Shown here: in pieces, positions 39,858-49,611 of the stretch
Layout of the letters: each line of letters starts with the position of its first letter
How positions within the stretch are numbered: the stretch's first letter is position 1
From: Candidatus Micrarchaeia archaeon
Lineage (GTDB): Archaea; Micrarchaeota; Micrarchaeia; CABMEP01
Assembly: GCA_038886535.1 (NCBI GenBank)
Contig: JAVZXS010000001.1
Location: 192,001-256,000, forward strand
Reading direction: 5' to 3'
DNA: 64,000 nt
Translations under genes and position numbers: made by a program
Notes under the pieces: generated by a model
What the model saw: only the letters and a program-made list of their open reading frames with translations
Databases searched by the model: none
What the model was told of the DNA's origin: nothing

Positions 39858-41006
39858 ATGGATGAAGAAACATTTATAACAGAGAAGTTTAGACATTATT
39901 ATTCTAATCATTGGACAAAAGCACCAAAAAAAATTCATAATAGAGAGTTTGGCTTTGGAGGTTGGTCTAAAAAGATTGAATCAAGACATTATTCATTTTC
40001 AAGCGAAAAGGAACTAAATGCTTATTTGGGAAGAAACGCACCACTTTTTATTTCATATTCGGAGGCGTATTATAAGTATCCGGCAGCTAGACCTATCGAA
40101 AAGAAGGAGTGGATTCAAGGTGATTTGGTTTTTGATATAGATGCAAATGAATTAGGAATGTCATGTACTGAGAAGCATGGTAAAGAATGGGTTTGCGAAA
40201 AATGTATGGATAGAGCTAAGGAATGTGCATTACGATTGATCGATGATTTTCTTGTGAAAGATTTCAACATACCAAAAGAAGAGATAGAAGTTAATTTTAG
40301 TGGAAACAGAGGTTATCATATCCATATATCAACGAGGTTTCAATCGTTAAAGACGTATGGGAGAAAAGAAATCGCAGATTATGTTAATGCCAACGGTTTG
40401 GAGTATGAACGTTTCTTTTATCCAGATCCAATTCATAAACGAATCATAGGTCCAAAAGTAACAGATGGTGGTTGGAAAGGAAGAATTGCAAATTTTGTAG
40501 TTAAGCATATAAAAGAAAGATCTCTTGAAAAAATAGGAATTCATAAAAAAACTGCTGAAAGATTTTATTCAAGAGTTGATGCAGCAGAACAAATATCAAA
40601 TGGAAACTGGGAGGCAGTTTATGTATCAGATAAGAAGAAGTTCTTTTCTCAGATTGTTGAGGCGATAAAGAAGGACCAGGCTGCATTTGTAGACGAAGGA
40701 GTAACATTTGACACAAGTAAGCTTATAAGAATGCCAGATAGTATTCACGGAGAAACTGGCTTACTCGCACAGAGATTCGATGTAAAGAGTTTTGACAAGT
40801 ACGATTGGACATCAATGCCAATTATATTTTCAGAAGATCCCATGAAGATTTATGTACATTCATGTAAAGAATTCATTCTTAAAAACCAAACATTTGGTCC
40901 TTATAATAACCAAGTTGTAGAACTGCCAGAATATGCAGCTATTTATTTAATATGTAAAAAAGTCGCAGTGCTTCTAGAAAATAAAGACAGACCAATATTT
41001 AATTAA
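39858..41006 (+). CDS. priS: DNA primase small (catalytic) subunit
   Basis: REFGF, DLVFDID, FSGNRGYH, DEGVTFDTSKLIRMPDSIHG. Confidence 0.95.
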   Translation: MDEETFITEKFRHYYSNHWTKAPKKIHNREFGFGGWSKKIESRHYSFSSEKELNAYLGRNAPLFISYSEAYYKYPAARPIEKKEWIQGDLVFDIDANELGMSCTEKHGKEWVCEKCMDRAKECALRLIDDFLVKDFNIPKEEIEVNFSGNRGYHIHISTRFQSLKTYGRKEIADYVNANGLEYERFFYPDPIHKRIIGPKVTDGGWKGRIANFVVKHIKERSLEKIGIHKKTAERFYSRVDAAEQISNGNWEAVYVSDKKKFFSQIVEAIKKDQAAFVDEGVTFDTSKLIRMPDSIHGETGLLAQRFDVKSFDKYDWTSMPIIFSEDPMKIYVHSCKEFILKNQTFGPYNNQVVELPEYAAIYLICKKVAVLLENKDRPIFN

Positions 41007-41063
41007 ATTCTAAATTTAAACTATAGCTTTATTTATTTCAAAGCTTCTTATTTTTGTGATAAA

Positions 41064-41689
41064 ATGATTTTTGATCAAAGAAATAGCTCTAATGGATTCT
41101 CTGGAAACGATGAAATTTGGAAATAATTTTTCATGCAGTAATGAATAGATAATATCCGCGTATAAACAGTATAATTATTCACTTGCACAATATGTAAAGA
41201 AAGGTCTAATAAGTGAAGATCAAATTCAATTAGTAAGAAATTTATTAAGGAAAAAAGATCCTGAATTGGCAAAAAGATTGAAGTGGCAGACATTGTCTTA
41301 TTTAATTAAAGATTCGAATCCAGGGGTTAGAAGAATTATATCGTATGCACTCAGATCGTACTCCGATTATGAAAAAGTTAGTCTTATACTAATTAGTTCA
41401 TTAAAGAGAGAGAAAGATTGGATTGTGAAGGAAGAAATGATAAATTCTCTATCTGAGGCATGTTTAAAATTTGAAAAAGAGAATCAAATAAGAGAAGAAA
41501 TCGAACTTTTTATAACCCATTTTCTTTTAGATAAGCGCCACGTTATTTGGATTGCGTCTAGTGAGGCAGTTTCAAACCTAAAAATAATAGAAGCAAAAAC
41601 TCAATTAGAACCAATTTCAATTAGATCCTGTATTGAGTGTTAGAGAGAAAGCATTGAATGTTTTGCAAGATCTTATAGATAAAAAGTAA
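41064..41689 (+). pseudogene. Disrupted HEAT-repeat protein
   Basis: In-frame TAG at 41146-48 upstream of the HEAT-like DSNPGVRR/EKDWIVKEE repeats; after a frameshift near 41610-41625 the other frame reads LDPVLSVREKALNVLQDL* to 41689. Confidence 0.6.
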
Positions 41690-41817
41690 GATGATAATTT
41701 CTAAGTTACAGTTAATTATTGTGAATAGTTGAACAACCTAAAGTAATAATTAATATATATTTCTATTTAATTTAATTTTACTTTCCTATAAGATTTTCTT
41801 ATCTTTAAGATGATTAT

Positions 41818-42366
41818 ATGGAAGAACTTACTTATGATGAACTTATGAGAATACATGCAAGAGAAAAAGGTTCGAGGCTTTCAGCTATACCTTCAAATTT
41901 CTATCAACTTGCAGGAAGATTGCTTGCATCTTATGATAAATCCGATCCAAGTGGGATGAGAGAATATAATAATGTATTGAAAATGATAAAGTACATTTAT
42001 CAGAGAAGATTGGAGAAGATATTTAATTATATTCTTAGTTATGATAAGGAAATTGAACTTCCTCCAGAAATGCTCGATAGAGAAAGAGAGATATATAATC
42101 AAATAGTTCCAATTATTAAAAAATTCAACAGTGAAACAGATCATGAGCTAGTTTGTCAGAAAAAAGAGTGCAATGATACAGAACAATTATCGGTTTTAAA
42201 GGCAAAGAGTAATAAGTTGAAGATAATACTTCTTAAAGATGTAGATGAGTTTGTAAGTGCCAACGGTTCAGTAATAGGTCCTTTTAAGCAACAAACAGAA
42301 GTAGAATTGACATATGAAGATGCAGAAATGTTAATTCAAATAGGGGTAGCTAAAAGGGTGGAATAA
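41818..42366 (+). CDS. GINS subunit (Gins51-type)
   Basis: LSAIPSNFY, RRLEKI, B-domain EFV..NG..IGPF..DAEMLI..GVA; located downstream of priS. Confidence 0.8.
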   Translation: MEELTYDELMRIHAREKGSRLSAIPSNFYQLAGRLLASYDKSDPSGMREYNNVLKMIKYIYQRRLEKIFNYILSYDKEIELPPEMLDREREIYNQIVPIIKKFNSETDHELVCQKKECNDTEQLSVLKAKSNKLKIILLKDVDEFVSANGSVIGPFKQQTEVELTYEDAEMLIQIGVAKRVE

Positions 42367-42516
42367 GATTCTACCACTAAAAATGCTAAGTCTAGCAAAT
42401 CTGCTGATATACCAATATTTTTATATTTATATGTAAATATTAATATAACAATCTCCTAATTGTGAACATTTCACTATGGAATTGTTGTATTTTTGCTACT
42501 TAAAGGAGCTGATATT

Positions 42517-42804
42517 ATGAAGATGGTTGATACGATTAGAACATATTGTCCAAGTTGTAATAAACATACCACACAAAAGGTTAAGCTTTACAAGAAAGGA
42601 AAGCAATCACCTTTTTCAGTAGGTCAGGCAAGATACGACAGAAAACTTACAGGTTATGTAGGTAAGGTCAAGGGTAAGAAATCTGTTAAGAAAATGGGTA
42701 AACATCAGAAAGTGATTCTTGAATGTACCGAATGCAAGAAGAAACAAGAGAGAGTAATTGGGACAAGAACAAGAAAAGTCCTTGAGATAACCAAGAAAGA
42801 ATAA
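42517..42804 (+). CDS. rpl44e: 50S ribosomal protein L44e (eL42)
   Basis: TYCPSCNKHT and LECTECKK. Confidence 0.93.
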   Translation: MKMVDTIRTYCPSCNKHTTQKVKLYKKGKQSPFSVGQARYDRKLTGYVGKVKGKKSVKKMGKHQKVILECTECKKKQERVIGTRTRKVLEITKKE

Positions 42805-42833
42805 TGGTTATTTCACACTTTTGAGGTGGTATA

Positions 42834-43007
42834 ATGAAGACATCATCAAATTCAAAATTCTTATTAGTTAAACACGAATGTGGAAATGAACAATACGTTT
42901 TTAATACCGCTAAAAGAACTGTTTTATGTAGCTTATGCAAGAAACCGCTTGCAAGACCTACAGGTGGCTATGCAAAGATACTTGGTAAAATAATGAAAGT
43001 GGTTTAA
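42834..43007 (+). CDS. rps27e: 30S ribosomal protein S27e
   Basis: Not in the ORF track (57 aa): SKFLLVKHECGNEQYVF..VLCSLCKKPLARPTGG; GAGGTGG SD; canonical position after L44e. Confidence 0.92.
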   Translation: MKTSSNSKFLLVKHECGNEQYVFNTAKRTVLCSLCKKPLARPTGGYAKILGKIMKVV

Positions 43008-43031
43008 TTTAAAATTATTAAAGGTAATTAG

Positions 43032-43814
43032 ATGGAGAAAAAGAAAAGTGTCCCAGAATTAGATGAGCTAGTTGTTGTAACTGTTACAAAAGTTTTTCCT
43101 TATGGGGCATTTTGCAAAATGGAAGACTATAACATGGATGCATTTCTCCATGTTTCCGAAGTCTCATCTGGGTGGGTAAAGAATATAAGAAACTTCCTTA
43201 AAGAAGGCCAGAGACTTGTGGTTAGGGTACATAGAGTGGTTCCTGAAAAAAACATGGTGGATGTATCTCTAAAAAGAGTTACAGAAGCAGAACAGAAAAG
43301 AAAACTTGAGGAAGTTAAAAGAGACAAGAGAGCATTAAAGCTCCTTGAAGTTGCAAAAGAAAAGATAAAAAATGCAAATAAAACCACAAAACTTTCAATT
43401 GAAGAAGTTAAATCTATTCTTGAATCACATTTTGATGATTCGTTTTCTGCATTTGAAGAAGTTGTTAGAGAAGGAGAATCTGTTCTAAAAAAGACAAAAC
43501 TTCCACAAGAATGGGTCGAAGCAATCGTTGAAACCGCAAATGAGAATATAAAGAAGCAAGTTAGGTTAATAAAAGGGAAACTATTATTAAGATGTACAAA
43601 GGAAGGTGGAATAAACATAATAAAAGATTTGCTTTCAGTAGATCCGAATTCAGGTATTCATGTTCACTATTTAGGAGCACCCTACTATCAGATAACTGTT
43701 CAAGATGATGATTTCAAAAAATGCGAGAAGAAATTAAAACAGTTTGTTGATAATATTACTAAATTAGCTTCGAAAAATGAATGTGAAGTCAAATTTGAAA
43801 GAGAGGAAGAATAA
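43032..43814 (+). CDS. eif2a: Translation initiation factor 2 subunit alpha
   Basis: S1 domain PELDELVV..LHVSEVSSGWVKNIR; YLGAPYY. Confidence 0.95.
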   Translation: MEKKKSVPELDELVVVTVTKVFPYGAFCKMEDYNMDAFLHVSEVSSGWVKNIRNFLKEGQRLVVRVHRVVPEKNMVDVSLKRVTEAEQKRKLEEVKRDKRALKLLEVAKEKIKNANKTTKLSIEEVKSILESHFDDSFSAFEEVVREGESVLKKTKLPQEWVEAIVETANENIKKQVRLIKGKLLLRCTKEGGINIIKDLLSVDPNSGIHVHYLGAPYYQITVQDDDFKKCEKKLKQFVDNITKLASKNECEVKFEREEE

Positions 43815-43877
43815 TTTTTTATTGGTTCATTCTTTCCGTTTCACTCAAAGAAAAATATCTTTAACGTGGCGATATAA

Positions 43878-44075
43878 ATGAAGAAAATAAGGAAATGTCA
43901 ATTATGCAATAAATATACTCTTTCAAACATTCACTGTAATAAAGATACAGTTTCTCCACATCCAATTGCGAGTGGAGTTGAAAAAAATATTAGAGAAAGG
44001 TTAAAATCAAGAATTAAGAATTTAGAAGAAAAAGAAATGCATAAACCGATAGAAAGGGAAAAGATACCTTACTAA
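43878..44075 (+). CDS. nop10: H/ACA RNP protein Nop10
   Basis: IRKCQLCNKYTL..C..TVSPHP; syntenic after aIF2a. Confidence 0.8.
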   Translation: MKKIRKCQLCNKYTLSNIHCNKDTVSPHPIASGVEKNIRERLKSRIKNLEEKEMHKPIEREKIPY

Positions 44076-44137
44076 ATCATTCTTTAATTCCTAATTTGTA
44101 TTGATTAATATTGATTAATAAGATCATTGGTGGTTTT

Positions 44138-45007
44138 ATGGTCAAAAGATCAGAATCTAAGAAGCAAATTTCACAAAAAGAAGAACAAAAATCAAATCAT
44201 ATACTAGAAAAAGCGTTTCTTTCAACTAAGCATGGAATAAAAACTAACATAGAAATACACGAAAAAGTTTCTGGATTAGTAAATCCAATACTTGTTGAAG
44301 GACTTCCAGGAATAGGTTTTGTAGGTAAACTTGCGGCAGAACATTTGGTTTCAGAACTAAAGGCTAAGAAAATAGCAACACTATATTCATATCATTTTCC
44401 ACATCAAGTTTTAATCAACAAAGATGGAACCATAAAGATGCTTGTAAATGAGTTTTATCTTTACAAAGATCCAAAAAAGAAAAACGATCTAATTATTTTG
44501 ATTGGAGACGTTCAACCAGTTAGTTCAAGAGCCCAGTTTGAAGTAATGAATATTATATTAGAATACTTCTCTCTTTTAGGTGGCAAAAGAATAATAACTC
44601 TTGGTGGGTATGGAATAGGCAAACTTGTAGAAAAACCTAGAGTTTTTGGTGCAGTTATAAATAAAGAAGACGTTGAATTCTATAGGAAATTTGGTGTTAC
44701 TTTTGGGGAAGTTGAAGGTTCTATAATTGGAGCTGCAGGTGTTTTGCTTGGACTTGGAAAATTAAAGGGAATGGATGGTATATGTTTAATGGGAGAGACG
44801 CATGGAACATATATTGACCATAAATCTGCTCAGAGGGTAATCGAAGTTCTATCTGAAATAACCGGAATTAAAGTTGATGTTTCTAAGCTTACAGAAAAAG
44901 CGAAAGAAAGCGAAGGTATAATTAAGAAATTAGAGGAAGAATTAAATAGAGGACAAATGCCAATTGAACTTCCAAAGAAACCTGACGAGCTTTCATACAT
45001 TAGATAA
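44138..45007 (+). CDS. PAC2 family proteasome assembly chaperone
   Basis: EGLPGIGFVGKLAA, IITLGGY, IIGAAG, CLMGET. Confidence 0.88.
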   Translation: MVKRSESKKQISQKEEQKSNHILEKAFLSTKHGIKTNIEIHEKVSGLVNPILVEGLPGIGFVGKLAAEHLVSELKAKKIATLYSYHFPHQVLINKDGTIKMLVNEFYLYKDPKKKNDLIILIGDVQPVSSRAQFEVMNIILEYFSLLGGKRIITLGGYGIGKLVEKPRVFGAVINKEDVEFYRKFGVTFGEVEGSIIGAAGVLLGLGKLKGMDGICLMGETHGTYIDHKSAQRVIEVLSEITGIKVDVSKLTEKAKESEGIIKKLEEELNRGQMPIELPKKPDELSYIR

Positions 45008-45041
45008 TTTTCGTATACATTTTAGTTTTGAAGGTTTTTTG

Positions 45042-45764
45042 ATGAAAATTAATAAGTTTAAATGTACTAATTGTGGATACTGTTGTAAAAATATGCAAAA
45101 TCTTGCACTGTTCGAATGGGAAAAAGATTTACTTCTTTCTTTAGATCCTTCCATAAAGATAATTCCTGGAAATAAGATAAAATATAAAGATACAGAAATA
45201 ATTCTTTATTGGGGTTTACAAACTAAACATCAATCACTATCTAAAACAAAAGCTACAAAATCTATTCAGAAAGTATCTAAGAATGATAAAATAAAGAAAA
45301 GAAGTTTAGAGGAAATGTGCCCTTTTCTTTCTTTTGAATATGGCGTATCTAAATGCAATATATATGAGAATAGGCCACTTGTTTGTCGTGCTTTTCCTCT
45401 CTTTCATTTAGGATTTAAATTTATGGAAGGAATGATATCTGTCGATTGTCCAGAACATATAATTCCATTTAATCAAGAGCAGACAATTAGTAGAGAAAAA
45501 TTTTATTCTTTACTTTATGCAATATATGGCATTGCATTCTTAGATGCATTTCGACTCGAACTTGCAAGAGTTTGGATATCTGATATCGCTGAACTTGTTT
45601 TAAATCATTTAAAAGAGAACGAAATTGAAATTTCAGAAAGAGAAATCGGTCTTCTTGAACTTGCAATTAAAATCGGAGTTCTTACCGAAGACGAGATAGA
45701 GAAAGAGATAAGCTTCATTTATTCAGAAGAGATTCAGGATATGCTAAATCAATTGAATCTCTAA
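45042..45764 (+). CDS. YkgJ family cysteine-cluster protein
   Basis: CTNCGYCC...CPFL...CNIYENRPLVCRAFP. Confidence 0.85.
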   Translation: MKINKFKCTNCGYCCKNMQNLALFEWEKDLLLSLDPSIKIIPGNKIKYKDTEIILYWGLQTKHQSLSKTKATKSIQKVSKNDKIKKRSLEEMCPFLSFEYGVSKCNIYENRPLVCRAFPLFHLGFKFMEGMISVDCPEHIIPFNQEQTISREKFYSLLYAIYGIAFLDAFRLELARVWISDIAELVLNHLKENEIEISEREIGLLELAIKIGVLTEDEIEKEISFIYSEEIQDMLNQLNL

Positions 45765-45797
45765 TTATAAATTTAATTTATCCAATAGTTAATTTTG

Positions 45798-46085
45798 TTA
45801 TTTTTTTATTTTACTCATCAATTCTGTTAAATCTTTCCCACTTTTTCCTTTTGGGAATACATTTCCATTAGGTGTAAATACAGCTATCTGAAGTTCTTCT
45901 GCGAGCCTAACTGCTTCTTTCATGTCTATTATCCTATCAGTAAATAGAACTGGATATTCGCCATAAGGTTCTTTTATTATTTTTACTGTAAATATTATCC
46001 TTTGAAACATTCCTTTTCTGTGCACTCTGTATTCGCCTTTTCCATTTCTTAGAACTTCATCTAAAGTTGGTTCACCCTTTTCCAT
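45798..46085 (-). CDS. Hypothetical protein
   Basis: 95-codon ORF with a GTGAT SD-like motif. Confidence 0.6.
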   Translation of the reverse strand: MEKGEPTLDEVLRNGKGEYRVHRKGMFQRIIFTVKIIKEPYGEYPVLFTDRIIDMKEAVRLAEELQIAVFTPNGNVFPKGKSGKDLTELMSKIKK

Positions 46086-46127
46086 AAAAAATCACATTTT
46101 ATAATTATTTAAATGCAAAACATCTAT

Positions 46128-46805
46128 TTATCTTAAACATGCATTTACATTCGCTTCTATTTCTTCTTTACTCGGCATGATCGTTCCATATCTTTGATTT
46201 AGATATGTAATATTTTCAATAACAAAATTTCTCTTCTTACATATTATTTCTATCATTACTGGTTCTGAGTACGATATAGAAATGATAAGTTCGGGACAAA
46301 AAATACCATCACATTTTTGATAATATAATTCAGATCTTGTAACTTCTCCTTCCTTTATTGTTGGGAAAAATATCGTAAAAGGAATGAATAACGGATTAAT
46401 TTTAACACTTTTTTGTGTAATATCTTTTAATTTCCATCCAGAAAAGTTATTATTATAAAACTCAATAACTGAACTGTAATTAATATTCGATATCATATAT
46501 CCAATCGAATATATGTAAGAAGTACCTGTATAAATGCTTTCCATTTTTTCTTCGTGAATATCACTAATATTTATATCATATATACCGATTGTCGACCATT
46601 TTCTTTCTGCATTTTTTATTATAGGAACATCTTTAAGGTCACCTTTAATTTCATCGATTGCTGTCGCATTTTCTTCGTATGCATTTATTTTATCGGTTTG
46701 ATCTTTTTCCATTTTATCTAATAAATTTTTGCTATTATCAGAAATAGATTTTCCTATACAACCAACAAAAAGAACTGCCAGTATAATAAAAATCAATTTT
46801 TTCAT
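46128..46805 (-). CDS. Putative lipoprotein
   Basis: Lipobox-like signal MKKLIFIILAVLFVG-C. Confidence 0.6.
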   Translation of the reverse strand: MKKLIFIILAVLFVGCIGKSISDNSKNLLDKMEKDQTDKINAYEENATAIDEIKGDLKDVPIIKNAERKWSTIGIYDINISDIHEEKMESIYTGTSYIYSIGYMISNINYSSVIEFYNNNFSGWKLKDITQKSVKINPLFIPFTIFFPTIKEGEVTRSELYYQKCDGIFCPELIISISYSEPVMIEIICKKRNFVIENITYLNQRYGTIMPSKEEIEANVNACLR

Positions 46806-46956
46806 GACAAATATTTTTTTATAAAAATTTATATTTTTTTCTTAAAGGATCGCGTATAAAAAAATAACAGGACACAGTATAAATTTTATTTACATACTTT
46901 AGCTGCTTAATGGAAAAGTATATATATTTAAATCGTTCCTTAATTTTGTGATTTTT

Positions 46957-48195
46957 ATGAAGAACATATCTATTTTAGGTTCTACAGGAAGTATAGGTAC
47001 TCAGACATTAGACGTTATAAGAAATCATAAGAATAAATTTAGAGTAGTGGGTTTAGCTGCATATGGTACTGATAAAGATATAGATCTTATGGTTGAGCAG
47101 ATACATGAATTTAAACCTAAAATCGTATCAATGTACAGAACCGATGCAGCGATTAAGCTTAAAGAAAGATTGATGCATGATAATTTAGGTTATGGTCAAA
47201 AGATAGTGATCCTATCTGGTAATGAAGGTCTTATTTCAGTTTCTACTTTCCCTATGGTTGATACAGTTGTAACTGCAGTTGTTGGAAGTGTCGGCTTAAT
47301 TCCTACACTAGAGGCAATAAAGAAAAAGAAAAATATAGCTCTTGCAAACAAAGAAACATTAGTGTGTGCTGGAAGCATAGTTATGGAAAATGCAAAAAAG
47401 TACGGAGTAAAAATTATGCCAATAGATAGCGAACATTCAGCAATTTTTCAGTCTTTACAAGGTAATAAAAAGGAGCAAGTAAAGAGAATAATATTAACAT
47501 GTTCAGGAGGTCCATTTAGAGATGAAAAATTATGGCCCGCAGAAAAAATAAATGAAGCGACTCGAGAACAAGCACTTAAACATCCAACCTGGAATATGGG
47601 TGGAAAGATTACTATTGACAGTGCAACACTCATGAATAAAGGTTTAGAGGTTATAGAAGCTCATTGGCTTTATAATATTCCTTATGAACAAATTTCAGTT
47701 GTAATACACCCTCAGTCTATAATTCATTCAATGGTTGAATATGTTGATGGTTCTATAATGGCTCAGATTGGTGTTCACGATATGCGTATTCCGATTCAAT
47801 ATGCGTTATCCTATCCAGATAGATTACCAAGCGGTGATTATGCATTTTTAGATTTGATTAAAGTTTGTAATCTTACATTTTTTGAACCAGATACAGTCAG
47901 ATTTCCAGCTCTATTATATGCATACGAAGCAGGCAAGATCGGCGGAACAATGCCTACAGTTATGAATGCAGCAAATGAAGTAGCAGTTGTAGAATATTTC
48001 TTACAAGGAAAGATTAAATTCGGTGACATAATAAGAGTAGTAAGACATACGATGGATGTCCATAAGCATACAGTTGTTCAGAATCCAAACCTTCAAGACA
48101 TTCTTCAAGCAGATATATGGGCAAGAGAACACGTTCGTTCGGTTTTAAATGTAGTTATACAAGATAAAAGTTGGAAAAATATAAATTCATTCTAA
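46957..48195 (+). CDS. dxr: 1-deoxy-D-xylulose 5-phosphate reductoisomerase
   Basis: ILGSTGSIG, LANKE, PIDSEH, HPTWNMGGKITIDSATLMNKGLEVIEA, HPQSIIHSMVE, NAANE. Confidence 0.96.
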   Translation: MKNISILGSTGSIGTQTLDVIRNHKNKFRVVGLAAYGTDKDIDLMVEQIHEFKPKIVSMYRTDAAIKLKERLMHDNLGYGQKIVILSGNEGLISVSTFPMVDTVVTAVVGSVGLIPTLEAIKKKKNIALANKETLVCAGSIVMENAKKYGVKIMPIDSEHSAIFQSLQGNKKEQVKRIILTCSGGPFRDEKLWPAEKINEATREQALKHPTWNMGGKITIDSATLMNKGLEVIEAHWLYNIPYEQISVVIHPQSIIHSMVEYVDGSIMAQIGVHDMRIPIQYALSYPDRLPSGDYAFLDLIKVCNLTFFEPDTVRFPALLYAYEAGKIGGTMPTVMNAANEVAVVEYFLQGKIKFGDIIRVVRHTMDVHKHTVVQNPNLQDILQADIWAREHVRSVLNVVIQDKSWKNINSF

Positions 48196-48275
48196 AGTTA
48201 TTAAAAATATAGCAAAAATCGATATAATTGAAATAATTAGAAAAGAAATAAAATAAAAAAGATTTATGTTCAGAA

Positions 48276-48656
48276 TTATTGTTCTTTCTTCCATAATCCA
48301 TGGATGTTACAGTATTCTCTTGCATTTATTTTCTTTGCATTTATTTTGAATTCAGCCTCAGGAGTTTGACCTGGTTTTAGGTAATTTCTATATATTTTAT
48401 CATCTGCAAGCACTTCTATAAATTCAATGTAATGTTCGGGTTCCATTGGATGTGGAATAGAACCTATTTTAACTTTAAAGCCACCTCTAATCTTTTCGAT
48501 TACAGGTACATGTTTTTCATACCCTTGATCTTCTGTTTTTTCTTCTAGTTTTTCCATATTCTTATTGCAACAGACCAAAGTTCCAACTCCTGCATGAGCT
48601 ATTTCAACTATATTTCCACATACACTGCATTTATATATCTGATTAAGTTCTGTCAT
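48276..48656 (-). CDS. dfx: Desulfoferrodoxin (2Fe superoxide reductase)
   Basis: [30 protein letters not shown]. Confidence 0.95.
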   Translation of the reverse strand: MTELNQIYKCSVCGNIVEIAHAGVGTLVCCNKNMEKLEEKTEDQGYEKHVPVIEKIRGGFKVKIGSIPHPMEPEHYIEFIEVLADDKIYRNYLKPGQTPEAEFKINAKKINAREYCNIHGLWKKEQ

Positions 48657-48682
48657 ATTATCACCATTTTAAATATTTATTT

Positions 48683-49285
48683 TCAATATTCTTCACACTT
48701 CAATTGATAGAAAGCTTTAGGATGGTCACAAGATGGACATTTTTCAGGAGGGAATTTTCCAAAGTGTACATAACCACACTCTCTACATACCCACCAAACT
48801 TTATCGTTCTTATTAAAGAATGTACCTTTTTCAAGCTGTTCAAGTATCTTTTTATATCGTTCTTCATGGTGCTCTTCAGCTTTAGCGATGGCCCTTAATC
48901 TCTGTGCTATTTCTTTTAACCCTTCCTTTTCAGCTATGTCAGCGAATTCAGGATACATTTTTGCATATTCATAGTTTTCTCCTGCGATTGCAGCTTTAAG
49001 ATTATCGATAGTATTTCCGAATACGGTTGGAGCGGATGCCTCAACTTTTATTTCATTGTACTTCTCTATCTTTTCTCCTCTCTCAGCAGCTTTTTTCTTC
49101 AGTTCATTTATCAGTTTAAATAGCCAACTTGCATGTTCTCTCTCATTATCTGCAGTTATAAGGAATATTTCTGCAATTTGCTCATATCCTTCATTTCTTG
49201 CCACTTTCGCATAGAAAGTATATCTATTTCTTGCTTGACTTTCACCTATAAATGCCTTCGCTAAATTTTCAATCGTCTTCTCCAT
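48683..49285 (-). CDS. rbr: Rubrerythrin
   Basis: AFIGESQARNRY, ExxH pairs, C-terminal CRECG..CPSC. Confidence 0.95.
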   Translation of the reverse strand: MEKTIENLAKAFIGESQARNRYTFYAKVARNEGYEQIAEIFLITADNEREHASWLFKLINELKKKAAERGEKIEKYNEIKVEASAPTVFGNTIDNLKAAIAGENYEYAKMYPEFADIAEKEGLKEIAQRLRAIAKAEEHHEERYKKILEQLEKGTFFNKNDKVWWVCRECGYVHFGKFPPEKCPSCDHPKAFYQLKCEEY

Positions 49286-49431
49286 TCCAACACCTCCAAA
49301 ATTAGACATATATATTTGATTGAAAATGTTCATAAATATATCTATAACTTAATTTGTGATGTTCCTGATGTAAAAGATAAATTAAGCGAGGTATAGTAAT
49401 ATTTATAAATCTAATATAATATTATATATTT

Positions 49432-49546
49432 AACGATTTTTAGATCGTTTCCCGGCAAAGCGGTCTCTGCGATCGATTAACGCGAGAGACTCACATATCA
49501 TTTGATATGTGACAGGTATACTGCATCTTTGATGCACTACCGCGCT
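49432..49546 (+). promoter_or_regulatory. Structured 5' leader of the L3 operon (candidate r-leader)
   Basis: TTTATAAA at 49402-09, then a cluster of hairpins including the perfect TCACATATCA-TT-TGATATGTGA. Confidence 0.55.
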
Positions 49547-49611
49547 ATAGAATTGAAAGCATTTCATATATAGTTTAGTATTCATATTCATAATTCAAAA
49601 AGTGATGGTAA

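Noticed and set aside
41146..41148. In-frame TAG as pyrrolysine or stop-codon reassignment
   Set aside because: The same gene also has a frameshift, TAG is a normal stop elsewhere (e.g. 11257, 18892, 32402), and no pyl genes are seen.
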